Assembly: GCA_016700135.1 (NCBI GenBank)
Contig: CP065004.1
Span: 810,001-842,000 of the forward strand
Length of the DNA stretch: 32,000 bases
Reading direction: 5' to 3'
Source: Candidatus Saccharimonadota bacterium
Lineage (GTDB): Bacteria > Patescibacteriota > Microgenomatia > UBA1406 > GWC2-37-13
Below are positions 1-9,379 of this stretch, in pieces. A program made the position numbers and the translations under genes. Each line of letters starts with the position of its first letter. Positions within the stretch are counted from its first letter, which is position 1. Below the pieces are notes generated by a model, which was not told the DNA's origin, searched no databases, and saw only the letters and a program-made list of their open reading frames with translations.

Positions 1-2
1 GC

Positions 3-155
3 ATTTGCGGACAATGCAGTGTCGATCCCACAGGCTGGCGTATGTGTGTCGAGGGACCGGTAATTGACGGAGAGAAGTTGAAGAAGATCGAGGAATTCGG
101 TAAATATCACCGGACAGCCTCCGGCAAGGTAGAGAAATATCCCTGGGTGAAATAG
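3..155 (+). CDS. 3' end of a gene truncated by the window edge. The Cys-rich tail resembles the 2Fe-2S-binding C-terminus of PyrK / sulfide-dehydrogenase-like FAD/NAD(P)-binding electron-transfer subunits.
   Basis: Frame 3 is open from the window edge to TAG at 153-155. The translation ICGQCSVDPTGWRMCVEGPVIDGEKLKKIEEFGKYH shows the CGxC...C-V-[DE]-G-P pattern I associate with that family. pyrF and pyrE lie about 4 kb downstream. Only 50 residues are visible. Confidence 0.4.
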   Translation: MCGQCSVDPTGWRMCVEGPVIDGEKLKKIEEFGKYHRTASGKVEKYPWVK

Positions 156-206
156 ACAGCGTTTTGATGTATTTGGGATACGCTTTCAGAGCATTATACT
201 TACTTC

Positions 207-1523
207 ATGAAAATATACGGTGAACAAACGAACCATGCCCTTGAGAACTTTCCATTCGATGTGCCAAAAGTTTCACTTGAGCTGGTGTATGCGATCACAG
301 TCATAAAAAAGGCAGCAGCGAGTGCTCATCATAAGGTGAATGAGCTTGATACGAAACGTAAAGATGCAATCATCACAGCCTGTGATGAGATACTGGCCGG
401 GAAACACGATGACCAGTTCCCGGTATCCTCACTTCAGGGTGGAGCGGGAACTTCGATCAACATGAATGTGAATGAAGTGATTGCCTCAAGAGCTTCGGAA
501 CTAGCTAAAACTTCCGTTCATCCGAATGATCATGTCAATATGGGTCAATCTACCAATGACGTCAATCCTACGGCTTTGCGGATTGTCTGTCTCGAGCTCT
601 CCCATACATTGATGGAAAAACTGAAGAAACTTTCAAAAGCATATGATAAAAAAATAAAACTGTACGGTCATGTCAAAAAGCTTGCACGTACGCATATGCA
701 GGATGCCATTCCGACCACGGTCGGTTCAGAAATCGGAGCGTGGAAGGGGACTGTTGACCGCGATATCCGCCGGCTTACCGAGTTTCAACCCTATTTGTAT
801 GAAATACATTTAGGCGGTACGGCAATCGGAAGCGGTATGAATGCCTCACGCCAATTCAGGAGAGAACTGTATAAAGAACTTAATAAATTGGTGAAGGATT
901 CGGGCATCCGATTTAAACCGGCCGAAAATATGTTTTCCTTCACCTCTACAACGTCTGATTTTGTCCATCTCAGTAATCTTATTACACTTCTGGCCGGTGA
1001 TCTGTCAAAAATCGCACATGATATTCGTTTTTTAACCAGCGGACCCCGCGGAGGAATAGGGGAATATATATTGCAGCCTCTGCAAAAAGGATCTTCCATT
1101 ATGCCGGGGAAAGTCAATCCTGTCATACCTGAAGTTATGAATCAAATTTATTACCAGATATCAGGCAAAAATCTGGCGGTGCAGATGGCCAATGAGACTT
1201 CGGATCTTCAGCTTGCCGTCATGTTCCCGACTGTTGCTGATTCAGTGATAACTTCTTTCAAATTGCTTATTGTAGGCGTGGATCAATTCACGGAAAAGTG
1301 TATCAGGGGGCTCACAGTAGATCCCGAAACCTGTCGGAACCATCTTGAAAGCTCGACTGCCTATTCGACGCTTTTAGTGCCGATCCTGGGGTATGACAAA
1401 GTCGCCGAAGTCGTAAAGAAAACGATACAATCTGGAAAAGGTTTCAGACAGGTGCTGCTGGAAGATAAGATTATTGGAGAACGGGAACTTGAGAACCTCT
1501 TATCGGGCTTCACGGTAGAATAG
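207..1523 (+). CDS. Class II fumarase/aspartase-family lyase, aspartate ammonia-lyase-like
   Basis: 438-aa ORF with the family signature GSSIMPGKVNPVIPE (GSxxMxxKxN). The continuation NPVIPEVMNQ is closer to AspA than to FumC (NPTQCEA). TATACT at 195-200 sits 6 nt before the ATG. Confidence 0.85.
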   Translation: MKIYGEQTNHALENFPFDVPKVSLELVYAITVIKKAAASAHHKVNELDTKRKDAIITACDEILAGKHDDQFPVSSLQGGAGTSINMNVNEVIASRASELAKTSVHPNDHVNMGQSTNDVNPTALRIVCLELSHTLMEKLKKLSKAYDKKIKLYGHVKKLARTHMQDAIPTTVGSEIGAWKGTVDRDIRRLTEFQPYLYEIHLGGTAIGSGMNASRQFRRELYKELNKLVKDSGIRFKPAENMFSFTSTTSDFVHLSNLITLLAGDLSKIAHDIRFLTSGPRGGIGEYILQPLQKGSSIMPGKVNPVIPEVMNQIYYQISGKNLAVQMANETSDLQLAVMFPTVADSVITSFKLLIVGVDQFTEKCIRGLTVDPETCRNHLESSTAYSTLLVPILGYDKVAEVVKKTIQSGKGFRQVLLEDKIIGERELENLLSGFTVE

Positions 1524-2426
1524 ATTTTTCTGAATATTCTGCTTGAGTACAAAAGATTCTTCATTCGTCAAAAATCCGTCTTCGAGTGTCGTTAGATCTC
1601 CGACGATCGTGGAACAGCTTTCAGATGTTCCCGGCATGTTGTTTTCGTCATAAAACAGCATCCTCAGCTGCTGCATATTTCTCAGTTCGGGATCCTGCAT
1701 GGTAACGATTGAAAATTGTGTACGTGCAGGTAATTGTGACTCCCTCCGGGGGCTCGAATGGAAGGCGGCAACCCCGAATGATTCATGGTAATCAGTCAGC
1801 ATAAGGCCGGAATAGACACCCGTATAATCGAACGGACAAAATAATTCGGTTTGTTGAGGGACATACTTACCGTTTTTTGGTATGTAGAGCTGCCCTTTGT
1901 ATATACCGACATCATCCAATAAACACTGTTCATGAGCGACTGTGGCAAGATTGTACAGCAAAGGTCCGATCCCCTCCATTGTGTGAAGTGCCGGTGCCAC
2001 ATGTTTATTGACCCATCGGATTTCCCGAAAAAGGTCATGGAACACTTCTGTGGGTGTACGCGCTGATTCAAGCTGCAGGTCTTCGTTTTGCCGTTGAATG
2101 ACTGCCAGCGGAAAATGGTCCGCTTCAATATCCTGAGACCATTCATCAATTCCCTCAGCTGAAAACTGACCTAGAAATTTTTCCAGCGCCTTGGTTGAAA
2201 ATCTCTGCAGTACGGCTTTCTGCTGCAGCTTATTTATGAGTGCGTTTTGAGCTCGCCTTCGCTCGATCGCTCCTTGTGCCCAGGTGAGCCACCATTCCAC
2301 ACCCTCAGGAGGCATCTTTCCGACAAAATCAGGCAATTCATCCCGCTCCCGGTACGGGAGGTTCCCGATGAGATGGCTCAACGCAACCTGAAGTCTTTGT
2401 TCTTTTGACGGCATATAGAGCAGCAT
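1500..2426 (-). CDS. Hypothetical protein (308 aa), no recognisable motif
   Basis: Long ORF filling the gap between two plus-strand genes. Its 3' end overlaps the convergent lyase gene by 24 nt. The start could instead be Met5 at 2414. Confidence 0.55.
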   Translation of the reverse strand: MLLYMPSKEQRLQVALSHLIGNLPYRERDELPDFVGKMPPEGVEWWLTWAQGAIERRRAQNALINKLQQKAVLQRFSTKALEKFLGQFSAEGIDEWSQDIEADHFPLAVIQRQNEDLQLESARTPTEVFHDLFREIRWVNKHVAPALHTMEGIGPLLYNLATVAHEQCLLDDVGIYKGQLYIPKNGKYVPQQTELFCPFDYTGVYSGLMLTDYHESFGVAAFHSSPRRESQLPARTQFSIVTMQDPELRNMQQLRMLFYDENNMPGTSESCSTIVGDLTTLEDGFLTNEESFVLKQNIQKNLFYREAR

Positions 2427-2455
2427 TATACAAAATTTGAACTTAAAACGGTATA

Positions 2456-3385
2456 ATGAATATCATGAATATCATACATTTTGACGTTGACCGGGAACTG
2501 AACAAATATTTGCCGGGTGAAAAAAAAGAAACTTCATTACAAGCTTGTGACGAATCATTGCAGAAAGAAACCGAGGCGGTAAGTATAAAGACAGCTTCAC
2601 AGGCAGATGCGAAAACATTGTCTCAGTTCCCGAACCTAAAACTTCTTATCACCCGAACCGTCGGGACTGACCATATCGATATTGAGTACTGCCGGGGAAA
2701 GGGGATAGCCGTATACCATATCGTTGATTACGGTTCATTCAATATCGCGGAACATGTATTTGCATTAATCCTTTCCGGAACGAGAAATATTCTGAGTACG
2801 CAAAAGGAAATCAAAGCCGGTACATTTTCCTACAACGGACACATGGGAGTAGCACTCAAAGGAAAAACATTGGGAGTTGTCGGAACAGGGCGAATCGGAT
2901 TGGAAGTGATAAAGCGCGCCAATGCGTTTGAGATGAAGGTGCTAGCTTATGATGTTTACAAAAACGATCAGGCACAAAAAGAACTCGGGTTTGAATATGT
3001 TGAGCTTGACAAACTACTGAAAGAATCCGATATTATTACACTTCATGCGCCGCTTCTTGACAGTACAAAGCATATGATACATCAGGAATCTATTAACAAG
3101 ATGAAAGACGGAGTTGTCCTGATCAATACTGCACGCGGAGAACTTATTGATACTGAAGCTCTGATTAAAAATATTGCAAAATTCCGACTGGTGGGACTTG
3201 ATGTTCTGGAAAAAGAAAAGGAATTTAGTAAAAACAATCCGCTTCTTGGACTTGAAAATGTAATCATCACACCGCATATAGCTTTTTATTCTGACGCATC
3301 AGTGAAAAAAATTGCAGAGGAAACAATGCGGCTTCTTGCTAATTTCGAAAAAGGAAGTGCTGACGGACGGGTTGATGTGATATGA
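2456..3385 (+). CDS. D-isomer-specific 2-hydroxyacid dehydrogenase family (NAD-dependent)
   Basis: NAD-binding GVVGTGRIGLEV motif, plus NTARGELID and TPHIAF catalytic-region motifs typical of the D-2-HADH family. The start could be Met4 at 2465, which lies 7 nt after TATAAT at 2452-2457. Confidence 0.85.
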   Translation: MNIMNIIHFDVDRELNKYLPGEKKETSLQACDESLQKETEAVSIKTASQADAKTLSQFPNLKLLITRTVGTDHIDIEYCRGKGIAVYHIVDYGSFNIAEHVFALILSGTRNILSTQKEIKAGTFSYNGHMGVALKGKTLGVVGTGRIGLEVIKRANAFEMKVLAYDVYKNDQAQKELGFEYVELDKLLKESDIITLHAPLLDSTKHMIHQESINKMKDGVVLINTARGELIDTEALIKNIAKFRLVGLDVLEKEKEFSKNNPLLGLENVIITPHIAFYSDASVKKIAEETMRLLANFEKGSADGRVDVI

Positions 3386-3397
3386 TTGAGGACACCT

Positions 3398-4036
3398 ATG
3401 AAAATTCAAGCAGTACTTTTTGATGTCGACGGGACACTTATTGATACCTCTGAGTACATTTATCAGGCATATGAACACAGTCTGGGAAGACATAACCATA
3501 ATCTGCTTTCCCGTGAAGAACTCAGTCATTTGATGGGGAAATCGTTAGAGGATACGTATCGTGAAATTACCGGACTTGATGCTGTAAACCCATTTATGGA
3601 GGCGCACCGAAAGTATCAGTTTGAAAACGCAGGACTTGCCGTGGCTTTTCCTCATTCCCTCAGCACGCTTGAAGCACTGCGTCAAAAAGGGATCTCAATA
3701 GCGGCCGTGACGACCCGTGCACGGGATACGGCAATTGAGACACTGGAAGAAGCAGAACTTTTTCCGCTCATAGATTTTTTTGTCGGATTTGAGGATGTGA
3801 CGACACCGAAACCTGATCCGGAAGGTATAAAAAAAGCACTGGATTTTTTCAATGTTCACCCGAGTGATGCGATCATGATCGGGGATAGCCCGGTAGATGT
3901 TGCAGCAGGAAAAAATGCCGAAACCCATACGGTGGGAGTGACATACGGATTTCACGGTGACCGGATTGTTGATACTGAGCCGGATTATGTCATTGATGAT
4001 ATCGGCGAGCTTATTGAGATTGTCGAAGGATTTTGA
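3398..4036 (+). CDS. HAD-superfamily phosphatase (PpaX / phosphoglycolate phosphatase-like)
   Basis: HAD motif I in VLFDVDGTLIDT and a late GDSPVDVAAG motif. I chose ATG 3398 over the TTG at 3386 in the track because GAGGA at 3389-3393 lies 4 nt upstream of it. Confidence 0.85.
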   Translation: MKIQAVLFDVDGTLIDTSEYIYQAYEHSLGRHNHNLLSREELSHLMGKSLEDTYREITGLDAVNPFMEAHRKYQFENAGLAVAFPHSLSTLEALRQKGISIAAVTTRARDTAIETLEEAELFPLIDFFVGFEDVTTPKPDPEGIKKALDFFNVHPSDAIMIGDSPVDVAAGKNAETHTVGVTYGFHGDRIVDTEPDYVIDDIGELIEIVEGF

Positions 4037-4071
4037 TCTGCAAAGAATCTTCAGTATTTGTATAATAAAGC

Positions 4072-4884
4072 ATGTCTTTCATTGACAGACTGAATAACGC
4101 GATTGATAAAAAAAACTCTCTTCTTTGTATAGGACTTGATCCCGTCCGTCAACAACTTCCTTCCATTTTTCAATTAAAAGAGCAGCCGCTTTTTGAATTT
4201 TCAAAATATATTATTGATCTGACTCAGGAGTATGCGATGGCGTTCAAACCGAATTCTGCTTTTTTTGAGGCGGTAGGAGCTTCGGGGATAGCTCAATTAC
4301 AATTAACCTGTGATTATGTCAAAGAACGTTATCCGGATACTCTTGTAATCCTTGATGCAAAAAGAGGTGATATCGGGAACAGTAATGTAGGGTATATAAA
4401 TTATGCATTTGATTACTTACACGCGGATGCAATAACACTCCACCCATATCTGGGGAAAGAATCAATCGATGATTTTCTCAAAATGAAAGAAATCGGGGTA
4501 ATCGTTCAGTGCAGAAATACCAATCCCGGTGCCATTGAAATTCAGGGATTACCGGTACAATACAACAATACGGTCATGCCGCTTTATCAAGTGATTGCAT
4601 ATAAAGCCGCTCATGAGTGGAATGCAAATAATAATGTATTGCTGGTAGTCGGTGCCACAAATCCGCAGGAAGTCGGAATTATTCGTCAGATTACGGGTGA
4701 CATGACTTTCCTTGTTCCGGGAATAGGTGCACAAGGCGGAGAATTGGAAACAACCGTGAAATTTGGTCTTAATTCGCAAAAGAGAGGTCTGATCATCAAT
4801 GCCGGCCGGAGTATCATTTATGCTCAAAATCCGGTGGCTGAGGCAATGAGATTGAGAGATGCGATTAACAGTTTCCGCATGTAA
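4072..4884 (+). CDS. pyrF: Orotidine 5'-phosphate decarboxylase, type 2
   Basis: 270 aa with LCIGLDP and DAKRGDIGNS motifs characteristic of long-form PyrF. Directly followed by pyrE. Confidence 0.9.
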   Translation: MSFIDRLNNAIDKKNSLLCIGLDPVRQQLPSIFQLKEQPLFEFSKYIIDLTQEYAMAFKPNSAFFEAVGASGIAQLQLTCDYVKERYPDTLVILDAKRGDIGNSNVGYINYAFDYLHADAITLHPYLGKESIDDFLKMKEIGVIVQCRNTNPGAIEIQGLPVQYNNTVMPLYQVIAYKAAHEWNANNNVLLVVGATNPQEVGIIRQITGDMTFLVPGIGAQGGELETTVKFGLNSQKRGLIINAGRSIIYAQNPVAEAMRLRDAINSFRM

Positions 4885-4885
4885 T

Positions 4886-5506
4886 ATGGATATCATCGAA
4901 ATTTTGAAAAAAGTGAACGCAGTAATGACGGATGATCATTTTGTCTATACATCCGGCAAACACGGAGAAGTGTATGTAAATAAAGATGCCATTTATCCTC
5001 ATCCTCAGGAAGTGAGTGAGGTTGGGAAATTGTTTGCTGAGAAATACAAAGATGCCGATATTGATGTTGTCGCGGCACCGGCTTTGGGAGGAATTATCCT
5101 TTCGACGTGGACAGCTTATCATCTGACACAGTTGAAAGGAAAAGAAATACTTGGTGTATATGCAGAGAAAATGCCCGATAAATCAATGGCTTTTACCCGG
5201 GGATATGACTCACTTATTCGCGGAAAAAATATTCTTGTCATTGAAGACCTAACCACAACAGGAGGATCGGTAAAAAAAGTTGTTGATCTTGTTCGAGAGA
5301 CCGGTGGCAATGTGGCAGCCGTTTGTGTCATGGTAAACAGAAATCCTGACGGAGTCAACGCGGAGTCTGTCGGAGCCCCGTTTGATGCATTGGGAGTTTT
5401 GAAAGCCGAAGCCTGGAATGAGGATGAGCTTCCCGATCGTATCAAATCAAGACCAATCAATACCAAAGTAGGACACGGGAAAAAATATCTAGAAAGTAAA
5501 CAGTAA
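4886..5506 (+). CDS. pyrE: Orotate phosphoribosyltransferase
   Basis: PRPP-binding loop ILVIEDLTTTGGS. I chose ATG 4886, 1 nt after the pyrF stop, rather than the track start at 4859, which overlaps pyrF. Confidence 0.85.
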   Translation: MDIIEILKKVNAVMTDDHFVYTSGKHGEVYVNKDAIYPHPQEVSEVGKLFAEKYKDADIDVVAAPALGGIILSTWTAYHLTQLKGKEILGVYAEKMPDKSMAFTRGYDSLIRGKNILVIEDLTTTGGSVKKVVDLVRETGGNVAAVCVMVNRNPDGVNAESVGAPFDALGVLKAEAWNEDELPDRIKSRPINTKVGHGKKYLESKQ

Positions 5507-5514
5507 TCATAAAT

Positions 5515-5862
5515 ATGGAAACCGCTACAGAAACATTTTTTACTCCTGAAATGTATCGGGGCTTCGGTGTCGACATTGTGCACCGTCAGTCACTGGAAAG
5601 AGTTGCAAACGGTCAGAAGCAGGCGGAACTTGAACAGGTGAAAGATGCTCAGCGGATTCTTCGTCATATACAGGCTCTTGAAGAGGCAGGAATTAATCTC
5701 AGAATGATCGAAGACGCTTCGTCATTTGAACCTTATGCGATTGAACTGAAAGGTATAAAAGTCGGAGGTGCGTTCGTCGGTCAATGTATGGCAGATTATC
5801 AGGAAGCAGCGCGAAAAGCAGGATATCAGCTTGTACAGGATCCGATTTTATCGCTTCGCTGA
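5515..5862 (+). CDS. Hypothetical protein (115 aa)
   Basis: ORF begins 8 nt after pyrE. No motif recognised. Confidence 0.5.
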   Translation: METATETFFTPEMYRGFGVDIVHRQSLERVANGQKQAELEQVKDAQRILRHIQALEEAGINLRMIEDASSFEPYAIELKGIKVGGAFVGQCMADYQEAARKAGYQLVQDPILSLR

Positions 5863-7200
5863 TCACAGAAACCAGAGTCCGGCAAATGAAAGAACGATGA
5901 TAATCATCATCGTTACTCCGTACTTCAACACAAACTCCCGTTTACCCTGGAGGAAAATATAGAAGGTTTTAGCAAGCAAATTGACTGCATTCACAATGAG
6001 AAATGCCAGTACGGCCGTCTTCATTTCTATTGTCTGACGCGACAATTCCGCAATGTTGATGGTCATGGCATCAAGTCCTGTCAAACCGGCAAGACCCGCG
6101 GTGACCAGGAATCCGCTTTCTCCGAAAAACTCAAGCGCGATATTTGAAAGGAGTTTGATAGAAAGATAGAGACCGGCAAATATGAGTGCCGGCTTAATCG
6201 AAAAAATCTCCCGGCTTTGGGCGCTTTCTTCACCGAGTTCCGCATGTTTCTGCTTCCTGCCCAAAAAGAGGAATGTGCCGCTTGCAATACCGAAACTTAT
6301 GATAAGAATGAGCAATGTCGGAATGATGGTTACGGTAAAGACAGGATTGAGAGGGAGGATTATGATAAACAATGAAAAGAAACTGGCAAAGGTTGCAAGC
6401 ATGGCGGCGGCAACAAGATGATTGATATGCTTGGTTTCAGTACTTTGGACGGCAAGTGATTGTGTTGTTGCAGTTGATGATACAAATCCTCCTACGAGAC
6501 TTGTGACAATTAATCCTTTCCCTTTCCCGAACATCCGCTCTAAAATATAGCCGACAAGATCTACACCTGTTATGATCGCCACGATAAGCCAGGTTTTGAA
6601 CGGATTAAATATTTCAAGATCACCCCAGGAGCTCAGTGAATGACCGAATGAACTGAGTATCTGTTGGATATACGGGATCTGTTTTACGGTGATACCGACA
6701 TTGGGGAGAAAGGGGAGTATGATTACCGCGATGATACTGTAGCTGAGAATTGCCTTAATCTCTCGGGTGTGAATATCTTCAACAACATTCTTAACCTGAT
6801 CTTTGTATGCCAAAACAAGCATGAGTACTATTGCAAGAGACAATGTCACGGTCATGGGAAACAATTCAAGAGCGATCAACGCTCCGATAAGAAAACTCAG
6901 CAAGGCCGCCAGTTCGGTAGTAATCCCGCTTTCTTTCGTGACAAATGCGGTAACGATGTAATTGCTGACAACAATGAGTATGAATGAGGCAGTAAAAAGG
7001 GTAGTAAGAATAAGATGGTCCTGATACAGAAGCCCTGCTATGGCTCCGAGCAGGGTCGTGAGAGAAAATGTCCGTACGCCGAGTAACGCGCCGGAACGGT
7101 TTTTATGATGATCTTTTTTTTGATGAATTTCTCTTTCAAGACCGATTGCCGCACCGATTGCAAGGGAAATCAACAGTTTCAGAGATGTGGCCAGTTCCAT
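5863..7200 (-). CDS. MgtC/SapB-family N-terminal domain fused to a DUF4010-type polytopic membrane domain
   Basis: The N-terminus LAIGAAIGLEREIHQK matches the MgtC G-x-x-I-G-x-E-R-E motif. About 10 or more hydrophobic helices run through 445 aa. TATAAT on the minus strand (7212-7207) lies 6 nt before the ATG. Confidence 0.8.
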   Translation of the reverse strand: MELATSLKLLISLAIGAAIGLEREIHQKKDHHKNRSGALLGVRTFSLTTLLGAIAGLLYQDHLILTTLFTASFILIVVSNYIVTAFVTKESGITTELAALLSFLIGALIALELFPMTVTLSLAIVLMLVLAYKDQVKNVVEDIHTREIKAILSYSIIAVIILPFLPNVGITVKQIPYIQQILSSFGHSLSSWGDLEIFNPFKTWLIVAIITGVDLVGYILERMFGKGKGLIVTSLVGGFVSSTATTQSLAVQSTETKHINHLVAAAMLATFASFFSLFIIILPLNPVFTVTIIPTLLILIISFGIASGTFLFLGRKQKHAELGEESAQSREIFSIKPALIFAGLYLSIKLLSNIALEFFGESGFLVTAGLAGLTGLDAMTINIAELSRQTIEMKTAVLAFLIVNAVNLLAKTFYIFLQGKREFVLKYGVTMMIIIVLSFAGLWFL

Positions 7201-7251
7201 TCTTTTATTATAAAGAATCTCTCAGCTCATTTCAGCGTTTCTTGCAGTTTC

Positions 7252-7653
7252 TTAATAAACCCGGATTGCCTGTGCCTCTATCAAGAGTGTACCGTTTGAT
7301 GCACAAAGGGCTGTATTCATAAAACGTATGGCATCTCCCGGTCTGACGTCACCGTGAACGATTGAAAACTGATGGATGGCAGGATCATAGGGGACGATCT
7401 GATCTGCGACTTCCTGTCCGTGCAGTCCGCCAATGATCAATCCTGAGTTATTTCTCAGCGTCTGTAGCTGAAGGTTCAAAGCCTGAATTGATGCTGCAAG
7501 GTCTGAGCGTTGTGAAGCAGGAGTTGCTCGGTACTCAGCAGCGAGGGTTTGATATTGCTTTTCCATGCGGAGATAATCCTCAGCCCTTTGTCTCAACAGT
7601 TCAATACGATCAGGTTGTCCGGGTTGGTTAGTTTCATAGAAATACGGTTCCAT
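7252..7653 (-). CDS. Hypothetical protein (133 aa), helical N-terminal half
   Basis: ORF co-directional with and immediately upstream of the MgtC-like gene. No motif recognised. Confidence 0.5.
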   Translation of the reverse strand: MEPYFYETNQPGQPDRIELLRQRAEDYLRMEKQYQTLAAEYRATPASQRSDLAASIQALNLQLQTLRNNSGLIIGGLHGQEVADQIVPYDPAIHQFSIVHGDVRPGDAIRFMNTALCASNGTLLIEAQAIRVY

Positions 7654-7732
7654 AATTTCAGAATTGTAACAGATTCTTACTCACTTTTAATCTTAAAAGG
7701 AGATAATTAGTGGACATGAAAATGATAAGGTT

Positions 7733-9235
7733 ATGAATTATAATGTAAGTATGCTCAATGATGCAGACGGCATCCTCTCGAAAATACCTTCACATGTTGA
7801 TTATGCCGATGTAAGGATTGTAGAACAGGAATCAGAAGATATTGCCACAAAAGACGGAGTCGTTGAAGCACTTTCTTCATCCTCCTCAAAAGGTTACAAT
7901 GTCAGGATTCTGAAAGACGGTGTTTGGGGCTTTGCGGCATCTCATGACATGTCGACTATGGGTGTAGACGAAACAATCGCAAAAGCACTTGCAATTACCG
8001 ATGCTTCTTTAAAGCACAAGACAACTGACGTAAAGCTCGATAATTCGAAACCGGTTCAGGGTTCGTACAAAACTCCTTTTCAGGAAGACCCGTTTCAGGT
8101 ACCGACGGAAGAGAAACTTGAACTTCTTGTTGCGGCTGATAAAGCGCTGAGAGTCAGCGATAAAATCGTCGTTTCACAGGCATCTTATCAGGCCAATCGG
8201 GAAAAGAAATATTTTGTTTCAACAAGCGGATCAAAAATCGAACAGGAAATCATTTGGACTGGGGCGGGGATTGAAGCATCAGCCGTAGACGGGACAGAGT
8301 TTCAAAACCGCTCATACCCAAATTCTTTTCGGGGGCAGAATCAGACCAGGGGATTCGAATTAGTACGGGATTTAGATCTCGTAGAAAATGCACCGCGTGT
8401 CGGTCAGGAAGCAGTTGACTTGCTCACGGCAGATTTGTGTCCGAGCGGGGAATTCGATCTCATCCTGGACGGAAATCAACTTGCTCTTCAGATTCATGAA
8501 AGCTGCGGACATGCCGTAGAACTTGATCGGGCCCTCGGGTATGAGGCCTCATATGCCGGCACCAGCTTTTTGACACCTGACAAATTATTTGATTTCAGAT
8601 ACGGTTCCGATATTGTCAACCTGACTGCAGATGCGACCATACCCGGAGGATTGGGGACATTCGGATACGACGATGAAGGTGTACCCGCACAGCGCACGTA
8701 TTTGGTAAAAAACGGCATTTTTCAGGATTATATCACGTCGCGTGATACCGTTTCAAAACTCCATGAAATTAATCCGAAATATAATAAACGATCAAACGGC
8801 ACAGTCCGTGCTTCATCATGGAGTAGATTGCCGATGATACGCATGACCAATATTAACCTGGAGCCGGGAGGTGAGGAAGGAACTGGAAAAGCCTGGACCT
8901 TGGATGATCTTATCAAAGACACGGAATACGGGATTTTGATGTCTACGAACAGATCCTGGAGTATTGATGACAAGAGATACAATTTTCAGTTCGGGACTGA
9001 GATCGGATGGGAAATAAAAAACGGTAAAAAAGGCAGAATGCTCAGAAACCCCACATATCAGGGAATCACTCCGCAGTTCTGGAATTCCTGTGATGCGATA
9101 TGCGGAAGAGATGAGTGGACTGTCTGGGGAACTCCGAATTGCGGTAAAGGCCAGCCGAGTCAGGTGATGTATACGGGGCATGGAGCAAGTCCGGCCAGAT
9201 TCAGGAAGGTGAAAGTCGGAGTAGTGAAGTGGTAG
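7733..9235 (+). CDS. tldD: TldD-family metalloprotease
   Basis: 500 aa with the HESCGHAVELD (HExxxH) zinc motif and a C-terminal GxC...G region typical of TldD. Paired with a PmbA-like gene. Confidence 0.85.
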   Translation: MNYNVSMLNDADGILSKIPSHVDYADVRIVEQESEDIATKDGVVEALSSSSSKGYNVRILKDGVWGFAASHDMSTMGVDETIAKALAITDASLKHKTTDVKLDNSKPVQGSYKTPFQEDPFQVPTEEKLELLVAADKALRVSDKIVVSQASYQANREKKYFVSTSGSKIEQEIIWTGAGIEASAVDGTEFQNRSYPNSFRGQNQTRGFELVRDLDLVENAPRVGQEAVDLLTADLCPSGEFDLILDGNQLALQIHESCGHAVELDRALGYEASYAGTSFLTPDKLFDFRYGSDIVNLTADATIPGGLGTFGYDDEGVPAQRTYLVKNGIFQDYITSRDTVSKLHEINPKYNKRSNGTVRASSWSRLPMIRMTNINLEPGGEEGTGKAWTLDDLIKDTEYGILMSTNRSWSIDDKRYNFQFGTEIGWEIKNGKKGRMLRNPTYQGITPQFWNSCDAICGRDEWTVWGTPNCGKGQPSQVMYTGHGASPARFRKVKVGVVKW

Positions 9236-9266
9236 TGAGTGTTATTAGTTGTTGCTTATAATTTTC

Positions 9267-9353
9267 TTTTCTCGTTAGTTAATCGCCGGTGGAGAGGTCT
9301 CATGTACAAGTAACGGTACGTTAGCTGGCGAGAAAACGAAACTAACTCGAAAA
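9267..9353 (+). other. Nested inverted repeats (candidate structured leader or small RNA) in the tldD-pmbA spacer
   Basis: The outer arms ttttctcgttagtt (9267-9280) and aactaactcgaaaa (9340-9353) pair at 12 of 14 positions. The inner arms tcgccgg (9283-9289) and ctggcga (9325-9331) form 7 pairs including one G-U. TATAAT at 9257-9262 lies just upstream. Confidence 0.3.
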
Positions 9354-9379
9354 TTAAATTATTTCGCAACAAAAAATAT

